Part shown: positions 48,998 to 58,223 of the stretch, piece by piece
Layout: each line of letters begins with the position of its first letter
Numbering within the stretch: position 1 is the first letter of the stretch
Assembly: GCA_964512045.1 (NCBI GenBank)
Contig: CAZEJK010000002.1
Location: forward strand, 23,147 to 87,146
Length of the DNA stretch: 64,000 nucleotides
From: an uncultured Thermoanaerobaculia bacterium
GTDB lineage: Bacteria > Acidobacteriota > Thermoanaerobaculia > Thermoanaerobaculales > Sulfomarinibacteraceae
Direction of reading: 5' to 3'
Made by a program: the position numbers and the translations under genes
Notes under the pieces: generated by a model
The model's database searches: none
The model's input: the letters and a program-made list of their open reading frames with translations, nothing else
What the model was told of the DNA's origin: nothing

Positions 48998-49852
48998 TCA
49001 CGGGAGAGCTGTGTGATCGCCCGACGCTGCGTTGTGCCGCGACGCAGCGAGACCACCCGAGAGCTCCTCGCGAACCTGCGCTGCAGGACAGACCGCGTTG
49101 AACCCGCACCAGGCGCAGAGCACTCCAGGGCGGGGTGGGTAGTCGCGTGCGGCCAACGCGGTACGAGCGAGAGCAACGAACCGGTCGAGGAGCGTCTGTG
49201 AACGAACGGAGTCAACACGGTGCCAGCTCGTCGTGCCGTGACGAAGATAGTGGTATCCAGCTACCGCGATCGTGTCATGATGCCTGCGGAGGGCACAGCT
49301 GGCATACAGTGGTGCTTGCAGGCCTTCCGAGTACTCGCTTTCGTCGCCCACCGTCCGAGTCGTCTTGTAGTCGACGACGAATAGACGTCCCTTCGCAGTT
49401 CGCCCGACACGGTCCGCAAAGCCGGTGAAGACGACGTCGTCGGTCAGTCGAAGGGTGAAGCGCTGCTCCAAGGCCAGGGTCTCGCTGCGGTCGCGTTGCA
49501 AGACGCCGCTATAAAACCTCTCAAGCATCGAGCGGCCCTCGAGGAGGTACTCCTCAGGGATCCTTCCGTGACGCACAACCGCGATGTCGTGATCCCAAAG
49601 GTCGTTCCAGAGCTCCTCGAAGCGTGCGAGTACGGCGACCAGGGAAGGTGTGTTCGAGCGTCGCTGGTCGTAGGTCCACTCGAGGACGTCGTGGATGACG
49701 GTTCCAAGGTGTGATTCGATCGATCGGAACGCCTCAACGTAACCGTCCAGGTACCTGTACCTGTAGCGCAGCGGACACTGGTCGAACGTCTTGATCCGAG
49801 AAAAGGAGAACAGTCCAGCCGGTGTGGGTTTTCGGCGTGTCCGAGCAGCCAT
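48998..49852 (-). CDS. PD-(D/E)XK nuclease with a Cas4/AddB-type four-Cys cluster
   Basis: ORF 48998..50239 with the ATG at 49852 (MAARTRRKPTPAGLFSFSRIKTFDQCPLRYRY). It has GFADRV and VVDYKT (D...DxK motif) and a C-terminal CAWCGFNAVC (C-x2-C-x5-C) plus the N-terminal Cys. The upstream Arg-rich extension is judged spurious. Confidence 0.8.
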   Translation of the reverse strand: MAARTRRKPTPAGLFSFSRIKTFDQCPLRYRYRYLDGYVEAFRSIESHLGTVIHDVLEWTYDQRRSNTPSLVAVLARFEELWNDLWDHDIAVVRHGRIPEEYLLEGRSMLERFYSGVLQRDRSETLALEQRFTLRLTDDVVFTGFADRVGRTAKGRLFVVDYKTTRTVGDESEYSEGLQAPLYASCALRRHHDTIAVAGYHYLRHGTTSWHRVDSVRSQTLLDRFVALARTALAARDYPPRPGVLCAWCGFNAVCPAAQVREELSGGLAASRHNAASGDHTALP

Positions 49853-49920
49853 CCCCGCGGAGTCTACAGCATTCGCTCGGGAGTTGGAGGGAGCTGGCAA
49901 CCGGCGTTCGGAGCGTGCGA

Positions 49921-50562
49921 TCAGGTCATCACTGTCCCGAGCACTGCGAAGAAGTGGAGCGTGCTGGCTGTGAGGACACAGGTGTGCCAAATCGCATGCA
50001 GGTACGGTCTCTTGATGGCGTAGAAGGCGAGACCGCCGGTGTACACGAGACCGCCGGCAAGGAGCAGTAGGAGCGTGGATGTCTCGAGCTGACGGAGAAG
50101 ATCGTTCGCCACGGTGACCACGAGCCAACCCATGACCAGGTAGAGGGCGAGGCCCAACGGTCGGCTTCGCTCCAGCGCGACCAACGTCAGTCCGATGCCG
50201 AGAACAGCCAGGCTCCAGATGCCGGCAAACAGGAGCCAACCGGCGCGGCTGTCGAGACCAACGAGGGCAAACGGCGTGTAGGTTCCGGCGATGAGCGCAT
50301 AGATCGCCGAGTGGTCGAGCTTGCGCAAGGCGCGCTGTGCGCGCGTACCTGACAGCGCATGATAAAGGGTAGATGCGGTGTACAACAGCACCAGTGACGC
50401 GCCATACACGACACTCGCGACGAGACCACGCGGGCTACTGGCCGTCACAGCCACCAAGATCACCAGGCCAGTCACAGCGAGCACGGCTCCGAGCCCGTGG
50501 GTGACCGCATTCGCGATCTCCTCTCGAGGTGTGTACGAGGTCCGAGGACCGCTGACTTCCAT
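49921..50562 (-). CDS. hemolysin III / PAQR family membrane protein
   Basis: EEIANAVTHGLGAVLAV near the N-terminus, seven hydrophobic segments and a HAIWH motif near the C-terminus. Confidence 0.88.
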   Translation of the reverse strand: MEVSGPRTSYTPREEIANAVTHGLGAVLAVTGLVILVAVTASSPRGLVASVVYGASLVLLYTASTLYHALSGTRAQRALRKLDHSAIYALIAGTYTPFALVGLDSRAGWLLFAGIWSLAVLGIGLTLVALERSRPLGLALYLVMGWLVVTVANDLLRQLETSTLLLLLAGGLVYTGGLAFYAIKRPYLHAIWHTCVLTASTLHFFAVLGTVMT

Positions 50563-50706
50563 GCAATGAGGATCGCATCCGGAGGTCGCGAGGTTGTCGC
50601 CGTTCGGTCAGCGTTCTGTCACGTAGCAATGGTGTAGCTCCACGGCAGCTGGAGCTGCCTTTACGGACCGGGGCCTTGCGGGTGCACAACCGGTCGTACG
50701 TTCAGG

Positions 50707-50712
50707 TATGAT
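50707..50712 (+). promoter_or_regulatory. candidate -10 box TATGAT, 6 nt upstream of the ATG at 50719
   Basis: The sequence reads caggTATGATctgcccATG with no SD. Confidence 0.4.
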
Positions 50713-50718
50713 CTGCCC

Positions 50719-51792
50719 ATGGCAGACTCACCGTCGTCCGTTGGGCTCGGTGTTCGAGTGCTGGTGATCGTCGCAGCGACGGTTGTCGTGGTGGCCGGGC
50801 TGCGGGCCGCCCAGGCGGTCCTGGTGCCGTTCATGGTGTCCGTGTTTCTGTCAATCCTCTGCGTGCCTTTGGTCCAAACGCTGTGTCGCTGGAGGGTACC
50901 CACTCCGGTAGCTGTTCTGTTGGTGGTCGTGCTGGTGATGGTTATTCTCGGAGGTGTCGCAGCACTGGTTGGGAACTCCGTCAACCGTTTTGCTGCAGAG
51001 ATCGACTCGTATCAGCAAGGCTTTCTCGAGCAAGCCGAAGCTGTGTTGATGTGGCTTGAGTCCCATGGCGTCGAGATCTCACGAGCGACGGCTCTCGGCG
51101 CTGTCGATCCCGGCGCGCTGTTGCGCCTGGTCACCGGTACGGTCAAGGGTCTGGCATCAGCGCTTTCCAACACGGTACTGGTGCTCTTGACAATGGTGTT
51201 CATCCTCCTCGAAGCGGCCGGCTTTCCGGTGAAGCTGCAGGTCGCCATGGGAGGAACCGACAGCAAGATCTGGCGTTTTGCGAAGGTCACGAGAGAGGTG
51301 CAGCGTTACCTCGTGATCAAGACGGCGGTGAGCCTTTTGACCGGCGGGTTGATTACCGGCTGGGTCGCCCTGCTCCGAATCGATTTTCCCCTCCTCTGGG
51401 GTCTTGTGGCCTTCCTCCTCAACTACGTCCCGAACCTCGGCTCGATCATTGCAGCCGTGCCGGCCGTCTTGCTGGCGGCGCTCCAGTTTGGGCCAGGTCG
51501 AGCATTGGTCGTCGCAGCCGGCTACTTCGTTGTGAACACCATCATCGGCAACGTGTTGGAACCCCAGCTCTTGGGCCGCCGGTTGGGTCTCTCGACCTTG
51601 GTGGTCTTCCTCTCACTGATTTTTTGGGGGTGGGTGTGGGGTCCGGTTGGCATGCTGCTGTCCGTACCGATGACCGTGATCGTGAAGATCTTCTTGGAGA
51701 ACACGGAGGATCTTCGATGGGTCGCGGTTCTCTTGGACAGCAGCCGAGCGCTCGAGGCAAGCCTCGACGCTGCGGGAGACGGGACGAGATGA
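50719..51792 (+). CDS. AI-2E family transporter (PerM/UPF0118)
   Basis: A 357-aa polytopic membrane protein with the typical C-terminal half (LNYVPNLGSIIAAVPAVLLA ... NVLEPQLLGRRLGLS ... WGWVWGPVGMLLSVP). Confidence 0.88.
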   Translation: MADSPSSVGLGVRVLVIVAATVVVVAGLRAAQAVLVPFMVSVFLSILCVPLVQTLCRWRVPTPVAVLLVVVLVMVILGGVAALVGNSVNRFAAEIDSYQQGFLEQAEAVLMWLESHGVEISRATALGAVDPGALLRLVTGTVKGLASALSNTVLVLLTMVFILLEAAGFPVKLQVAMGGTDSKIWRFAKVTREVQRYLVIKTAVSLLTGGLITGWVALLRIDFPLLWGLVAFLLNYVPNLGSIIAAVPAVLLAALQFGPGRALVVAAGYFVVNTIIGNVLEPQLLGRRLGLSTLVVFLSLIFWGWVWGPVGMLLSVPMTVIVKIFLENTEDLRWVAVLLDSSRALEASLDAAGDGTR

Positions 51793-52187
51793 GCACTCCC
51801 GAACCGTTTCGTGTCCTGGTGGTCGAGGACGAGCCGGATCTCCAGACTGTGATTCAGCTCGTGCTCGGTACCCTCGAAGGTTGGCATGTGCATGTCGTCG
51901 GCGGCGGTGCCGAAGCCCTGAGCTCTTTCCAGACGTCTGCGTATGACCTGGTTGTGCTCGATGTCATGATGCCAGAGATGGATGGTCCTGAGACGTTGCG
52001 GCGGCTTCGCAACGCCGGTCACCGTGCGACTCCCGTCATCTTTCTGACGGCTCGGAGTGGCGATTCCGAGGCACGTACATATCGCGAGATGGGGGCGATC
52101 GGCGTCATTGCCAAGCCATTCGATCCACTCGAGCTCGCAGAAACTGTGCAGAGTATCTGGCGTCGCAGTCGGCCAGGACCTTCGTAG
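51789..52187 (+). CDS. single-domain response regulator (CheY-like)
   Basis: ATGA overlap with the transporter gene. It has VLVVEDEPDL, DLVVLDVMMPEMDG, VIFLTAR and IAKPFDP. Confidence 0.9.
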   Translation: MSTPEPFRVLVVEDEPDLQTVIQLVLGTLEGWHVHVVGGGAEALSSFQTSAYDLVVLDVMMPEMDGPETLRRLRNAGHRATPVIFLTARSGDSEARTYREMGAIGVIAKPFDPLELAETVQSIWRRSRPGPS

Positions 52188-52203
52188 TGAGGAAGAGCTT
52201 CGC

Positions 52204-53874
52204 ATGACGAGCCGGAGAGAAAGCTACGATTCAGCGTTGACCCGTCTTCGAGACGTGTACGCGCAAGAGCTACCGAAGAAGATCGGGACGTTGCAGCGGA
52301 TGTGGTCGGCGTTCCTGGTCGACGGGAGATCCACGGAGCTTCTGGCGACCGTACGGCGCATGGTGCACAGCCTGGTTGGGGCAGGCGGGACTCTCGGTTT
52401 TCCGGAGGTCAGTCAACGAGCTCGAGAGCTCGAGCTCTTTCTGGACCCGATCCTGGACTCCGGTGCCCGTCCGACGGCCTCCCAATGCAAGGAGATCGAT
52501 CGCCTCATGACGGCGTTGGCTCGTGGGTGTGAGGTTTCGGTGGACACTCCGATGAGCTCCCGTGAGTCCGCTCCAGAGGCCATCACCGCCACGAGCGCCG
52601 GGGGCACGTCCGAGGGTGTCCGCAAGGTTCTCCTGCTGCTTGACGACACCGATGAGGCCGAGCTTCTTTGTCATCAGATGTCGCAGTTCGGATACACGGT
52701 CGAGATCTGTTCACAGCTGGCAGAGCTGCGCGGGAGTGGCGACGGAGGACCACCTCCCGAGGCGCTGGTGGTGGACCTGGATCTGGTGACGGACTGTCCT
52801 CAGGGTGTGCTTGCGGAGATTCGCGGGAGCCGCCGTGCCCCTGTCCTCGTCATCTCGTCTGACGGGCGTCTTGAAGCGCGGTTGCGTGCGGTTCGCGCCG
52901 GTGGCGACGGTTTCTTCACCAGGCCAGTGGACGCCGACTCGCTGGTCGATACACTGGAGAAGAGAGCTGTGGAGCGGGTACCACAGCCATATAGAATACT
53001 CATCGTCGAGGACGATATCGACCTGGCGTCGTACTTCCAGGTGACCCTCGAGCAGGCAGGTCTGTCCGCACGGATCGTACACCGGCCGCTCGAGGTGATG
53101 CGGCATTTACGTGAGTACAAGCCAGATCTGATCTTGATGGACGTGTACATGCCGGACTGCAACGGCTCCGAGCTTGCGGCTGCGATCCGTCAGCAGGAGG
53201 CCTATGTCAGCACTCCGATCGTGTTCTTGTCCGCGGAGACGAACCCTGACAAGCAGCTCGCAGCGATTAGCCGAGGCGGCGACGACTTCTTGACGAAGCC
53301 GATTCTGGTGGACCACCTGATCTCCTCGGTGATGGCTCGGGCCCAGCGGTCGCGAATACTGCAGTCGCTCATGATGCGAGACGGTCTCACGGGCCTGCTG
53401 AACCACACCAAGATCAAGGAGGTCTTGGAGGTGGAGATGTCGAGGTCGCGGCGTTTGGAGAGCTCAGTGATCCTCGGGATGATCGATCTGGATCGCTTCA
53501 AGGGAATCAATGACACCTTCGGCCACAGCTCCGGCGACCGCGTGTTGAAGTCGTTGGCCCGGCTGCTCCAGCAGCGGTTGCGCAAGACGGACCTCGTCGG
53601 CCGCTACGGCGGTGAGGAGTTTGCTGTGATCCTCCCGAACACGAGCATGGACGCGGCATACCACGTGCTCGATGAGATGCGCGAGGCGTTCTCTGAGATC
53701 CGGTACCGTTGCGATCAGGTCGAGTTTCGCGTGACCTTTAGCTGCGGTCTTGCGAGCTACCCTGGCGTGCGTGGCACGTCTGCCCTGCTCGAGGCAGCGG
53801 ACGAGGCTCTGTATCGTGCCAAACGGATGGGACGCAACAGGGTCGAGCGTTACGACCCGGTCTTCAGCGGCTGA
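52204..53874 (+). CDS. Hpt - REC (atypical) - REC - GGDEF diguanylate cyclase
   Basis: Hpt motif VHSLVGAGGTLGF. REC1 ends FFTRP (Arg where Lys is expected). REC2 is canonical (ILIVEDD, LILMDVYMP, FLSAE, LTKP). The GGDEF domain has RKTD (I-site RxxD) five residues before GGEEF. Confidence 0.9.
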   Translation: MTSRRESYDSALTRLRDVYAQELPKKIGTLQRMWSAFLVDGRSTELLATVRRMVHSLVGAGGTLGFPEVSQRARELELFLDPILDSGARPTASQCKEIDRLMTALARGCEVSVDTPMSSRESAPEAITATSAGGTSEGVRKVLLLLDDTDEAELLCHQMSQFGYTVEICSQLAELRGSGDGGPPPEALVVDLDLVTDCPQGVLAEIRGSRRAPVLVISSDGRLEARLRAVRAGGDGFFTRPVDADSLVDTLEKRAVERVPQPYRILIVEDDIDLASYFQVTLEQAGLSARIVHRPLEVMRHLREYKPDLILMDVYMPDCNGSELAAAIRQQEAYVSTPIVFLSAETNPDKQLAAISRGGDDFLTKPILVDHLISSVMARAQRSRILQSLMMRDGLTGLLNHTKIKEVLEVEMSRSRRLESSVILGMIDLDRFKGINDTFGHSSGDRVLKSLARLLQQRLRKTDLVGRYGGEEFAVILPNTSMDAAYHVLDEMREAFSEIRYRCDQVEFRVTFSCGLASYPGVRGTSALLEAADEALYRAKRMGRNRVERYDPVFSG

Positions 53875-54001
53875 GCTTCCGAGCGTACTGAACGATGGTG
53901 GGGCAGCTTCGAGTCTGGATCGTGAGCGGTGACTCACGGAGCTGAGCAACGGTGAGACCGGAGCTCCCAGGTTTCCGCCGTGATGGCGCTTGACGGGCGC
54001 T

Positions 54002-54391
54002 TCAGCCCGTATCCTCTGCGATTGCGGAGTGATCTGTGCGTCGAAACAGAGCCGCGAGGGCCGCGCGGTCGGCGTCTTCGAGATCGAGAAACTCGCAACC
54101 TACCTCGAACCGGTCGCCACTGATGGTCGCTTCCCAGACGACGCGAGCAGTGGTCCGGACAACCCGTTCGCGCGCCTTGATCACCAGGTCCAATATGGTG
54201 CCGGGTCCGAATGACTCATCGCTCGTGAACATGCAGCCGCCGAGGCCGACTGTCCGCGTTCGGCTCATTGCGTTGCCGCCGATCGCATCTGGGGCCTCGT
54301 CCAGGCGTTGCGCCAGGATCGGTTGCGAGGACGGAATCCGCGGAAACCGTCGCCCAGTGCCCAAGCTATCGTTCGACATTCGAAGCTCCAT
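54002..54391 (-). CDS. PilZ-domain protein (c-di-GMP receptor-like)
   Basis: GRRFPRIP (RxxxR-like) and TVGLGGCMF (D/NxSxxG-like position), about 125 aa. An alternative ATG lies at 54379. Confidence 0.65.
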   Translation of the reverse strand: MELRMSNDSLGTGRRFPRIPSSQPILAQRLDEAPDAIGGNAMSRTRTVGLGGCMFTSDESFGPGTILDLVIKARERVVRTTARVVWEATISGDRFEVGCEFLDLEDADRAALAALFRRTDHSAIAEDTG

Positions 54392-54396
54392 CTACC

Positions 54397-54402
54397 AATG
54401 TA
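54397..54402 (-). promoter_or_regulatory. candidate -10 box TACATT (minus strand), 5 nt upstream of the ATG at 54391
   Basis: The minus strand reads cgcTACATTggtagATG with no SD. Confidence 0.3.
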
Positions 54403-54513
54403 GCGTGATAGGCCTGATGGAGCAACAGGCCACGCGAGGCGGTTGGGCGAGATGCACGCGTCCGGTATAGTGGTGCCGTCTGCACTCAAAGGTGAGACGG
54501 AACAAGGACTCGC

Positions 54514-55434
54514 ATGCAACGCATCTTGGTGGTAGAGGACGACTCGACAACACGAGTGCGGTTGCGCTCACGCCTGGAGCGCGACGGCTTCCGAGTCGAG
54601 ACAGCTGAGGACGGTCTCGAGGCGTGGGAACGCGTTCGCGAGGTGGGTGAGAAGATCGATGCCGTGCTCCTCGACCTCGAGTTGCCCCGGATGAGCGGCT
54701 TCGAGTTCTTACGGACGATCAAGGCGCATCCCGAGCTCCAGGCCGTGCCGGTGGTCGTGCTCACCTGTCATTCGGACCCCGACACAGTTGTGGACGGGAT
54801 CGAGTCTGGCGCGTACTATTACCTCACCAAACCGATCGACGAGGGTATGCTCGTTTCCATCATCCGTGCCGCTTCCGCGAAGCAAGGACGTTACAGAGAG
54901 CTCCAGCTCGAGGTCCGCCAGGGCGTTGGAGCCATGCGGCTGATGCGCCGTGCGGACTTCAAGTTTCGCAGTCTCGAAGAGGCATCAAACCTGGCGACCG
55001 TTCTGGCGCGAGCATGCCCGGATCCGGAGCAGGCGGTCATGGGCCTCACAGAGCTCCTCGTCAACGCTGTCGAGCACGGGAACCTCGGTATTTCCTACGA
55101 GGAGAAGAGTGCCCTGGCACGTGCGGAGCAGTGGCACGAGGAGGTGCAGCGGAGGCTCACCGCAGCCGAGAATCGTTCGAAGTACGTGCGCGTCCGGTTC
55201 GAACGGTTCGACGATCGAATTCGCGTCCATATTGCAGACGAAGGGTCAGGGTTCGACTGGCGGAGCTTCCTGCGGATCGATCCCGGTCGAGCGTTCCACA
55301 CACATGGTCGTGGAATCGCCATCGCAAACCTCGTCAGCTTCGATTCAGTGGAGTACCTTGGAGCAGGCAACGAGGTTGTTGCCACGATCTGGCTGAACGC
55401 CGAGACATCGGCAGTGGCGACCGTTTCGTCGTGA
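54514..55434 (+). CDS. response-regulator receiver fused to an RsbW/SpoIIAB-like HATPase_c serine-kinase domain
   Basis: REC motifs: ILVVEDD, AVLLDLELPRMSG, VVVLTCH, LTKP. The C-terminal half has ELLVNAVEHGN (N-box), ADEGSGFDW (G1) and HGRGIAIA (G2). I see no DHp/His-kinase dimerisation domain. Confidence 0.8.
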   Translation: MQRILVVEDDSTTRVRLRSRLERDGFRVETAEDGLEAWERVREVGEKIDAVLLDLELPRMSGFEFLRTIKAHPELQAVPVVVLTCHSDPDTVVDGIESGAYYYLTKPIDEGMLVSIIRAASAKQGRYRELQLEVRQGVGAMRLMRRADFKFRSLEEASNLATVLARACPDPEQAVMGLTELLVNAVEHGNLGISYEEKSALARAEQWHEEVQRRLTAAENRSKYVRVRFERFDDRIRVHIADEGSGFDWRSFLRIDPGRAFHTHGRGIAIANLVSFDSVEYLGAGNEVVATIWLNAETSAVATVSS

Positions 55435-55500
55435 GCTCGTTGTGTTCGAACCTCGAGCTGTGCTGAACCGCTGTGGTTGGCCTGCGCTTCGAGGCGCGAT

Positions 55501-55923
55501 CTACTCGAAGGAACGTCGCAGCGTCGTCTCGATCTCCGGAGCCGGGATCTCGAGCCACGCACATGCGGAGTCGAGATCGCGGAACACCTGGACCCGCTGG
55601 TTATGGAGGTCCGCGTATGCCTCGAAAGCCCGAGCGAGACCGTAGACAGCATTGTGCGGAGCGACGATTGCTCGGTACACTCCTGGCTCGAAAAGACTTT
55701 GCTGGGAGAGCTGGCGGATCTCGTCGGAGCTCAGACGCACGGAGACGACCGAGCGCGCGTCAATCAGCTGACGGAAGGCTCCGACACACGGTTGGACGGA
55801 CTCCATGACGTTCTGATCGCTCACGAGGTCGTGCATGGAAACCTCTTCCCTCAGCCGAACGAGCACCAGCCGCAGCTCAGCCAGGACGAAATGCTCAGCG
55901 GTCACGCGCACACCAGATTGCAC
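55501..55923 (-). CDS. STAS/SpoIIAA-like domain protein (tentative)
   Basis: 140 aa with a GTG start after GAGGA. The pattern RQLIDARSV ... RAIVAPHNAVYGLARAFEAY ... VQVFRDLDSACAWL resembles SpoIIAA-like (DUF3478-type) proteins. It is convergent with the REC-RsbW gene. Confidence 0.45.
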   Translation of the reverse strand: MQSGVRVTAEHFVLAELRLVLVRLREEVSMHDLVSDQNVMESVQPCVGAFRQLIDARSVVSVRLSSDEIRQLSQQSLFEPGVYRAIVAPHNAVYGLARAFEAYADLHNQRVQVFRDLDSACAWLEIPAPEIETTLRRSFE

Positions 55924-55937
55924 AGCCCATCCTCACG

Positions 55938-55943
55938 AGTATA
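55938..55943 (-). promoter_or_regulatory. candidate -10 box TATACT (minus strand), about 15 nt upstream of the GTG at 55923
   Basis: The minus strand reads gcTATACTcgtGAGGAtgggctGTG, a -10 followed by a short SD-containing leader. Confidence 0.3.
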
Positions 55944-56012
55944 GCGTCGGTCGCAGATGACATGGAGGGTCGAGGTCGTCGCTGCGCATCGCCTGGCAGG
56001 CCAGGTGGTACC

Positions 56013-57374
56013 ATGCGTACCAGTCGATGGTTGGAGGTGTTCGTGCGACCGGTCGTCTTTCTGTCGGTGTGGCTGCTTGCGGTGCCGCTGTGGGCGGCGG
56101 GCGATCCCCCTCCTGTGCCGAGGCCTGACGACCGGCACATGCAGGCGTTCGAGGAGGTCTGGACGCTTGTCCGTGATACCCACTGGGATCCCGATCTCGG
56201 GGGCGTAGATTGGAACGCCGTTCGCGAGCGGTTCGAGCCGAGAATGCAGGCAGCTGCCAATGCGGCCACAGCCAGGGAGGTTCTTCAGGAGATGCTCGCC
56301 ACGCTCGGACAGTCCCATTTTCTGATCATTCCCGGTGATCTGTACGAGGAGCTGTCCGGAAGCGAAGACGACCTTCAGGCGAGCGGGTCGGAGGGCGGCA
56401 GCGGCGTGATGGGACTCGAGATCCGGACGATATCTGGCGAAGCTGTCGTCACGTCGGTCCGGCCTGGCACTCCAGCGGCGGCTGCTGGTATCGAGCCAGG
56501 GTGGGTCATCGATTCCATTGATGAGACGGAGCTCGCACCAGCTCTCAGACGCGTCTCTGACCACATCGGGGACGACGTTGCTCGTCAGTTCGTCATGACC
56601 ATGGCGGTTGTCTCTCGCCTTCAGGGGCCTGTGGGTGGGGTGCGGGTACTCCGTGTCCGCGACGGCGCTGACCAGAGCCATACTGTGTCCTTGAAGCTGG
56701 CGGAACCGCACGGCAAGCGGGTGCAGCTCGGTCACCTGCCGCCGGTCCATGTATGGCTCGAGCATCGACGCCTGGCGGACGGGCGGGTTGGCTACATCGC
56801 ATTCAATGCGTTCTTCGATCCAGCCACGATCATGCCGGCTTTCGAGACAGCCGTGCGCGAGCTGGCCGATACCCAGGGTCTGATCATCGATGTCCGCGGA
56901 AACCCTGGAGGTATCGGAGCGATGGCGATGGGGATGGCAGGGTTTCTCCTCGAGGAGTCCGGACGCCGCCTCGGAACGATGACGACGCGGAATGGCTCAC
57001 TCGACTTTGTTGTATTTCCTCGTCCGACGACGTACACCGGATCGATAGCAGTGCTCGTCGATGGTGTGTCTGCTTCCACGGCAGAGATCTTTGCCGGTGG
57101 CTTGAAGGATCTTGGCAGAGCGAGGGTGTTCGGACGGCGGACGTCTGGTCAGGCGTTGCCGTCACGTGTGGTGCGCCTTGCAAACGGAGATGCGTTCCAA
57201 CACGCGTTTGCGAGCTTCGAGTCGGTCAGAGGAGAGTCTCTCGAGGGTCGCGGTGTGGAGCCGGACGTCATCATCGAGCTGTCGCGGGATGCGCTGCTTG
57301 ACGATCCCGATCCGGAGGTAACTGCTGCGGCCGGATGGATCGAGGAGTCTGCGGTTAAACGTGCGGTGCACTGA
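56013..57374 (+). CDS. S41-family C-terminal processing peptidase with PDZ-like domain, secreted
   Basis: The ATG at 56013 gives a signal peptide (MRTSRWLEVFVRPVVFLSVWLLAVPLWA). It has GLIIDVRGNPGG and VDGVSASTAEIFAGGLK (Ser nucleophile region). Confidence 0.85.
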   Translation: MRTSRWLEVFVRPVVFLSVWLLAVPLWAAGDPPPVPRPDDRHMQAFEEVWTLVRDTHWDPDLGGVDWNAVRERFEPRMQAAANAATAREVLQEMLATLGQSHFLIIPGDLYEELSGSEDDLQASGSEGGSGVMGLEIRTISGEAVVTSVRPGTPAAAAGIEPGWVIDSIDETELAPALRRVSDHIGDDVARQFVMTMAVVSRLQGPVGGVRVLRVRDGADQSHTVSLKLAEPHGKRVQLGHLPPVHVWLEHRRLADGRVGYIAFNAFFDPATIMPAFETAVRELADTQGLIIDVRGNPGGIGAMAMGMAGFLLEESGRRLGTMTTRNGSLDFVVFPRPTTYTGSIAVLVDGVSASTAEIFAGGLKDLGRARVFGRRTSGQALPSRVVRLANGDAFQHAFASFESVRGESLEGRGVEPDVIIELSRDALLDDPDPEVTAAAGWIEESAVKRAVH

Positions 57375-57391
57375 TCATGCTGGAGGGAAAC

Positions 57392-58192
57392 ATGAGGTGG
57401 AGAGGAGTGCTGCTGAGCACACTTGTGGGGCTGACAGTTTGTTCGATGGCTATAGCTGGTTCGGACGATCGTCCCGAGGAGGGGCTGCCTCCAGCTGAGG
57501 AGTTGCTGGAGCGCTACTCGTCTGCCAGCGGCGGTGCGGAGGCGTTTGCCAAGGTCCACACCAGAGTGACTCGGGGAACGATGTCAATGGCGGGGGCTGG
57601 CATCAGCGGGACACTCACGACCTGGGAGGCGCGCCCTGACCGGTTTCGGATGGAGTTTGAGGCCGAAGGTCTGGGCAGCGTCGCCTCGGGCTCGGACGGT
57701 GAGACCGTGTGGGAGCTGTCGGATATTCAAGGGCCACGAGTTCTCGAGGGTGCGGAACGCGCTTTCGCACTGCGCACCTCGCAGCTCGACGCCACACTGC
57801 GATGGCGGGAGCTGTATGCCGCGTACGAGACCGTCGGTACAACCACCGCAGGAGAGGATGATGGCGTGTGCTATCAGGTCGAGATGACACCCCACGAAGG
57901 CAACGTGGAGGTGTGGTGTCTGGCGACGGATAGCGGACTGCCGATCCAGATGGAGACCGTGGCGACCACGGCGATGGGAGAGATTCCAGTTGTCATCGAG
58001 TTTTCGGACTACCGCGATGTCGATGGCATCACCGTGCCGTTCCGGACGACCCAGCGCTTGATGATGCAGGAGATGGTCACCCAGCTCGAGCTGGTGGAGC
58101 ACAACGTTGAGCTCGCGGACGACCGGTTTGCTCTGCCGGCAGCGATCGAGGCCGTGGTCGACACCAGTGCCACGGCGGCTTCCCCTCCGTGA
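57392..58192 (+). CDS. secreted/lipoprotein-like hypothetical protein (LolA-like fold suspected)
   Basis: The ATG at 57392 follows GGAGGG, with signal MRWRGVLLSTLVGLTVCS. No motif I can name. It is translationally adjacent to the S41 peptidase. Confidence 0.5.
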   Translation: MRWRGVLLSTLVGLTVCSMAIAGSDDRPEEGLPPAEELLERYSSASGGAEAFAKVHTRVTRGTMSMAGAGISGTLTTWEARPDRFRMEFEAEGLGSVASGSDGETVWELSDIQGPRVLEGAERAFALRTSQLDATLRWRELYAAYETVGTTTAGEDDGVCYQVEMTPHEGNVEVWCLATDSGLPIQMETVATTAMGEIPVVIEFSDYRDVDGITVPFRTTQRLMMQEMVTQLELVEHNVELADDRFALPAAIEAVVDTSATAASPP

Positions 58193-58223
58193 TACGACGA
58201 GACCCGGCGAGAGATTGTGGACC

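Noticed and set aside
55902-56765. 287-aa minus-strand ORF opposite the S41 peptidase gene, and the 331-aa ORF 57584..58579(-)
   Set aside because: They have antisense-type composition. The plus-strand frames have a signal peptide plus S41 motifs, and an SD-led secreted protein, respectively.
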